A program made the position numbers and the translations under genes. This document shows positions 60,567-64,000 of a stretch of 64,000 bases of DNA, one piece after another. Position 1 is the first letter of the stretch; each line of letters starts with the position of its first letter. The notes under the pieces were generated by a model that was not told the origin of the DNA, did no database searches, and saw only the letters and a list, made by a program, of their open reading frames with translations. The stretch is taken from assembly GCA_963715195.1 (NCBI GenBank), contig CAVQRT010000031.1, positions 224,001-288,000 of the forward strand. The letters run 5' to 3'. Origin of the DNA: Thermodesulfovibrionales bacterium. GTDB taxonomy: Bacteria > Nitrospirota > Thermodesulfovibrionia > Thermodesulfovibrionales > SM23-35.

Positions 60567-62550
60567 CAGCAGGGAAAGACCTGCTGGTTGCCCTTGCCGG
60601 ACAGCCAAATGTCGGCAAATCAACAGTTTTCAATCTGTTGACCGGCCTGTCTCAGCATGTCGGTAACTGGCCGGGCAAGACGGTCGAAAAAAAAGAAGGT
60701 TTTTGTTCCACGAATGGCACAAGGATAAAAATCGTAGACCTTCCCGGCAGCTACAGCCTGACTGCCTATTCTGAAGAAGAGAAGAATAGCGAGAGACTTT
60801 ATCATTAATGAACGGCCGGACGCGGTTGTTCTCATGGCTAACGCCTCGGCACTCGAAAGAAGTCTATATCTCCTCGCGGAGTTTCTGCTTTTAAAAGCTC
60901 CGGTCATTTTTGCCCTCAATATGACGGATGTGGCGGAGCAGCAGGGGATCCGGATTGATGTCGGCCTTCTCGAAAAATACCTCGGGGTTCCTGTTATCCC
61001 CATGATCGCTTCAAAAAACCGGGGTACCAAAGCATTGATCTCCGAGATCCTTCTCCTTACAGAAGGAAAAAAGGAAAACAGGCCTTCTCTGGCCGAAGTT
61101 TCTGATGACCATAAAGAGATCTTTCTTGAGCTGGCCGATATTCTCGAACAATATATTACCCCGCCGTATCTGACAAAATGGACTATTACGAAAATTATGG
61201 AGGGTGATCCTGATATAACTGAGAAGATGAGCCGAACTGTCCGGCCCGATTCGTGGAACAAGGTTCAGGCCCTCTTGAGGAAACACGAAGATTCACTTCT
61301 TGCTGTCGTCAAGGGGCGATATGACTGGATTGAGGGCGCTGTTCGCGCTTCTCTTTCCGAGTTCAAGAGGGGGCAGATCCTTCTGACGGATCGACTGGAT
61401 CATGTTCTCACGCGTCCTGTGTTTGGGATCCCGATTCTTCTGGGTGTTCTTGCCCTTGTTTTTTCGCTAACCTATGGCTTGGGGTTGCCGTTACAACAAC
61501 TGCTCGAATCCCTCATGAACTCTCTTGCGGGCTGGGTCGAACCGTTTCTCGGGAAATCATTCTGGCTGAGGGGAATCATCGTCGACGGTTTACTTGGTGG
61601 AGCGGGAACAGTTATGACATTTCTCCCGGTGCTTTTCTTTTTTTTTGCGGCCATGGCATTTCTCGAAGACGTGGGATATATGGCAAGAGCTGCTTTCGTC
61701 ATGGACAGATTTATGCATGTGATCGGACTTCACGGGAAAAGTTTTCTTCCTTTCTGTTTGGGCTTCGGCTGCAATGTTCCGGCTGTCATGGGTGCGAGAA
61801 TCCTGGAATCAGGCAGGATACGGTTCCTCACAATCTTCCTTACGCCCTTTGTTCCCTGCACTGCTAAGCTGGCTGTCGTCACGCTTATTGCAGCTGCCAT
61901 ATTTGGGAAGACTGCGCTCATCATGTCGTGGGCGCTCGTCGCCGGAAACATTTTGATCCTCGGTTTTGCGGGCTTCATAGCGAGCAAGTTCCTTTTCAAA
62001 AAACAGCACATGCCTTTTATCATGGAACTTCCTTTTTATCACAAACCGAACCCGAGAACGATAGGAATGGTTGTCTGGAAAAGGATTACAGCCTTTATCA
62101 GGAAGGCCGGAACGATTATTGTGATATTTTCCGTGCTTCTTTGGTTATTGTCTCATATTCCAGGCGGACATATCGAAGGCAGCATTCTCGGTTTGATAGG
62201 GCAGTCGATTGAGCCTGTCGGGCGGCCCAATAGGGCTTGACTGGAAGATGATCGTCGCGCTCCTGGCGAGTGTCACGGCGAAGGAAAACTCGATAGCAGC
62301 ACTGGGGGTACTCTATGGTGTTGGAGAAGAGGGTATTAGGGGAATTCTGCCGACTGTGATGAGTCACGCATCAGCACTCTCTTTCCTCGTGATACTTATG
62401 CTGTTTGTACCCTGTGTTGCCACGCTCGTGGTCATGAAACAGGAGATGGGTGGATGGCGTTGGTTCTTGTCTTCTTTCCTCTTCATGCTTGTTCTGTCTT
62501 ATGTATCCGGTATGGCTGTCTATCAGTTTGCTCTCATGGTCGGACTATGA
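60563..62550 (+). CDS. feoB: Ferrous iron transport protein B; two frameshifts (~60782, ~62227)
   Basis: [33 protein letters not shown]; each break is a single extra base. Confidence 0.92.
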
Positions 62551-62635
62551 CTTGTGATGTGTATGCTAATTTTTCTTAACCCCCGGATTGCTGTCTTCCA
62601 TTGGATTGCCTTGCTGCGTAAGATTTTGAGAGGAA

Positions 62636-63775
62636 ATGATTACATTCAAACAATTAAGAAGGCAGATTGAAAAGATCGGGAGAAAGAAGAGACCTTTCAT
62701 CGCCTTGCAGATCGAACCTACTTCGAGATGCCAACTCAGATGTGTCATGTGTCCGAGGACTATTTTTTCAAGAGAATGGGATAACGGGGACATGCCTCTC
62801 TCTCTCTATGACAAGATAAGCACGTCTTTCCATCTTGTTGACAATATTCATCTTCAAGGGTGGGGTGAACCGCTTCTTCATCCCGAAATTTCTCTCATGA
62901 TTCAGAAAGCAAAAGCAGTGCCTTGCAGGACAAGTCTCACAACAAACGGGGTCCTTCTTAGCGAGCCCGTATCACATGATTTTATCGAAAAGGGTCTCGA
63001 TACTATCGTGATCTCTATTGCTGGAGCAGTGAGCGAAACGCATGAGGCTATCCGCTGCGGTTCTCACTTCGGGCAGATTATCGATAATGTAAAAGTGCTG
63101 GCACATTTGAAATTGAGTATGAAATCCAAGACCCCCAAAATCGTGCTTTCTTTTCTGATGACAAAGAAAAATATCGAAGAGCTGCCTGAGGCAGTGCTGC
63201 TCGCGAAGGATACAGGATCGGATGAAATGGTCGCAACAAATGTGGATTACATAGCGGGACAATATCAGGATGATATGAAGATATTTTCCTGTAAAGAAGC
63301 AGACAGTGAATACAAGAAAATCGTAGAAAAAGCCTTGCGGACGGCAAAAAAGGCAAAAATTACTTTTCGTGTTTATCCTCTGGAGATGGAAGAACTTATC
63401 ATGTGCGAGATGAATCCGCTGAAAATCGTGTTCTTGTCACACGATGGATGTGTCTCTCCTTGTGTTTATTTGAATCTGTCTAAAAAAGGATGGATTCCGC
63501 GGATATTTTGTGGAAATTATCAAGGGATACAGAAACAGTGCTTTGGATATGTCGGAGAGGATGACTTTGTCGAGATTTGGGAACGCAAAGAATACAAGAA
63601 CTTCAGGGAACCCTATGTTAGGAGAATGGCTTTCAACAAGAGAGCATTCGATGTTATCGCTGACGTGCAATCTTCAAAGGCTGCTATGGATGAACTGGAA
63701 AAACTGGAAGCGGTGCTGAGAGATAATCCCTTGCCAGCGGTATGCAGCACCTGCTATAAGGCTTACAATATTTAA
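62636..63775 (+). CDS. Radical SAM/SPASM(twitch) protein
   Basis: CQLRCVMC, GWGEPLL, TTNG, G.V.PC, C-terminal CSTC. Confidence 0.88.
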   Translation: MITFKQLRRQIEKIGRKKRPFIALQIEPTSRCQLRCVMCPRTIFSREWDNGDMPLSLYDKISTSFHLVDNIHLQGWGEPLLHPEISLMIQKAKAVPCRTSLTTNGVLLSEPVSHDFIEKGLDTIVISIAGAVSETHEAIRCGSHFGQIIDNVKVLAHLKLSMKSKTPKIVLSFLMTKKNIEELPEAVLLAKDTGSDEMVATNVDYIAGQYQDDMKIFSCKEADSEYKKIVEKALRTAKKAKITFRVYPLEMEELIMCEMNPLKIVFLSHDGCVSPCVYLNLSKKGWIPRIFCGNYQGIQKQCFGYVGEDDFVEIWERKEYKNFREPYVRRMAFNKRAFDVIADVQSSKAAMDELEKLEAVLRDNPLPAVCSTCYKAYNI

Positions 63776-63869
63776 GATTTTTCGATAATTTTTTAAAAAT
63801 GTTTTACAATGGACCGTACTACTTTTTTAAAGTGATACCGGTAAGTCTTTCTGAAAGGTGAGAAAACAT

Positions 63870-64000
63870 ATGGAACTGGATGAAGTTGTCATAACGAAGG
63901 CGATTGTCGATCAATTCTGCAAAAAGCTGACCAATCATCTTGAAACTGATGTCGCTATTGTAGGGGGTGGACCTTCAGGTCTTGTCGCCGGTTATTTTTT
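63870..64000 (+). CDS. thi4: Sulfide-dependent thiazole synthase, 5' part only
   Basis: MELDEVVITKAI...DVAIVGGGPSGLVAGY; runs off the window. Confidence 0.75.
   Translation, partial: MELDEVVITKAIVDQFCKKLTNHLETDVAIVGGGPSGLVAGYF

Noticed and set aside
63776..63869. TPP riboswitch before thi4
   Set aside because: Short gap with no recognisable TPP aptamer core
1..64000. CRISPR array, tRNA, rRNA, integrase or transposase
   Set aside because: No regularly spaced repeats, structural RNA signatures or recombinase motifs were seen by eye

Overview
Gene-dense window from an anaerobic bacterium. The gene content suggests a Nitrospirota/Thermodesulfovibrionia- or Desulfobacterota-like organism (inference). 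No rRNA, tRNA or CRISPR array was seen. (1) 0.7-25 kb is an ion/anion-transport and signalling block: tandem USP, an MrpA-less Mrp Na+/H+ antiporter operon (E-F-G-DUF4040-B'-B-C-D-D-small-small-D), an LCIB/C-type carbonic anhydrase, a DASS/SLC13 permease, a CBS protein, GntR, a PEP-synthase-like phospho-His protein, HK/RR, an OprO/P porin, USP, TauE and a sigma54 activator with a matching -24/-12 promoter. (2) 25-48 kb is a nitrogen island: NifA-like activator, a three-gene split glutamate synthase, and two stand-alone FMN glutamate-synthase-domain genes, each in an operon ending in an NrpR repressor. The second sits with a ferredoxin, NuoE/NuoF(HydC/B)-like subunits and an FdhA-like protein that has lost its catalytic residues. 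A shared GGYAA-N4-TTGCC operator lies just downstream of three promoters. This is the best candidate for an undescribed system. (3) 48-64 kb holds a MntA/HepT TA pair, iscA/hesB, hemB, an octaheme cytochrome, a Fur-boxed Orp-like metal-cluster operon, fur-feoAB, radical SAM enzymes and the start of thi4. Several genes are broken by single-base indels that look like long-read errors.
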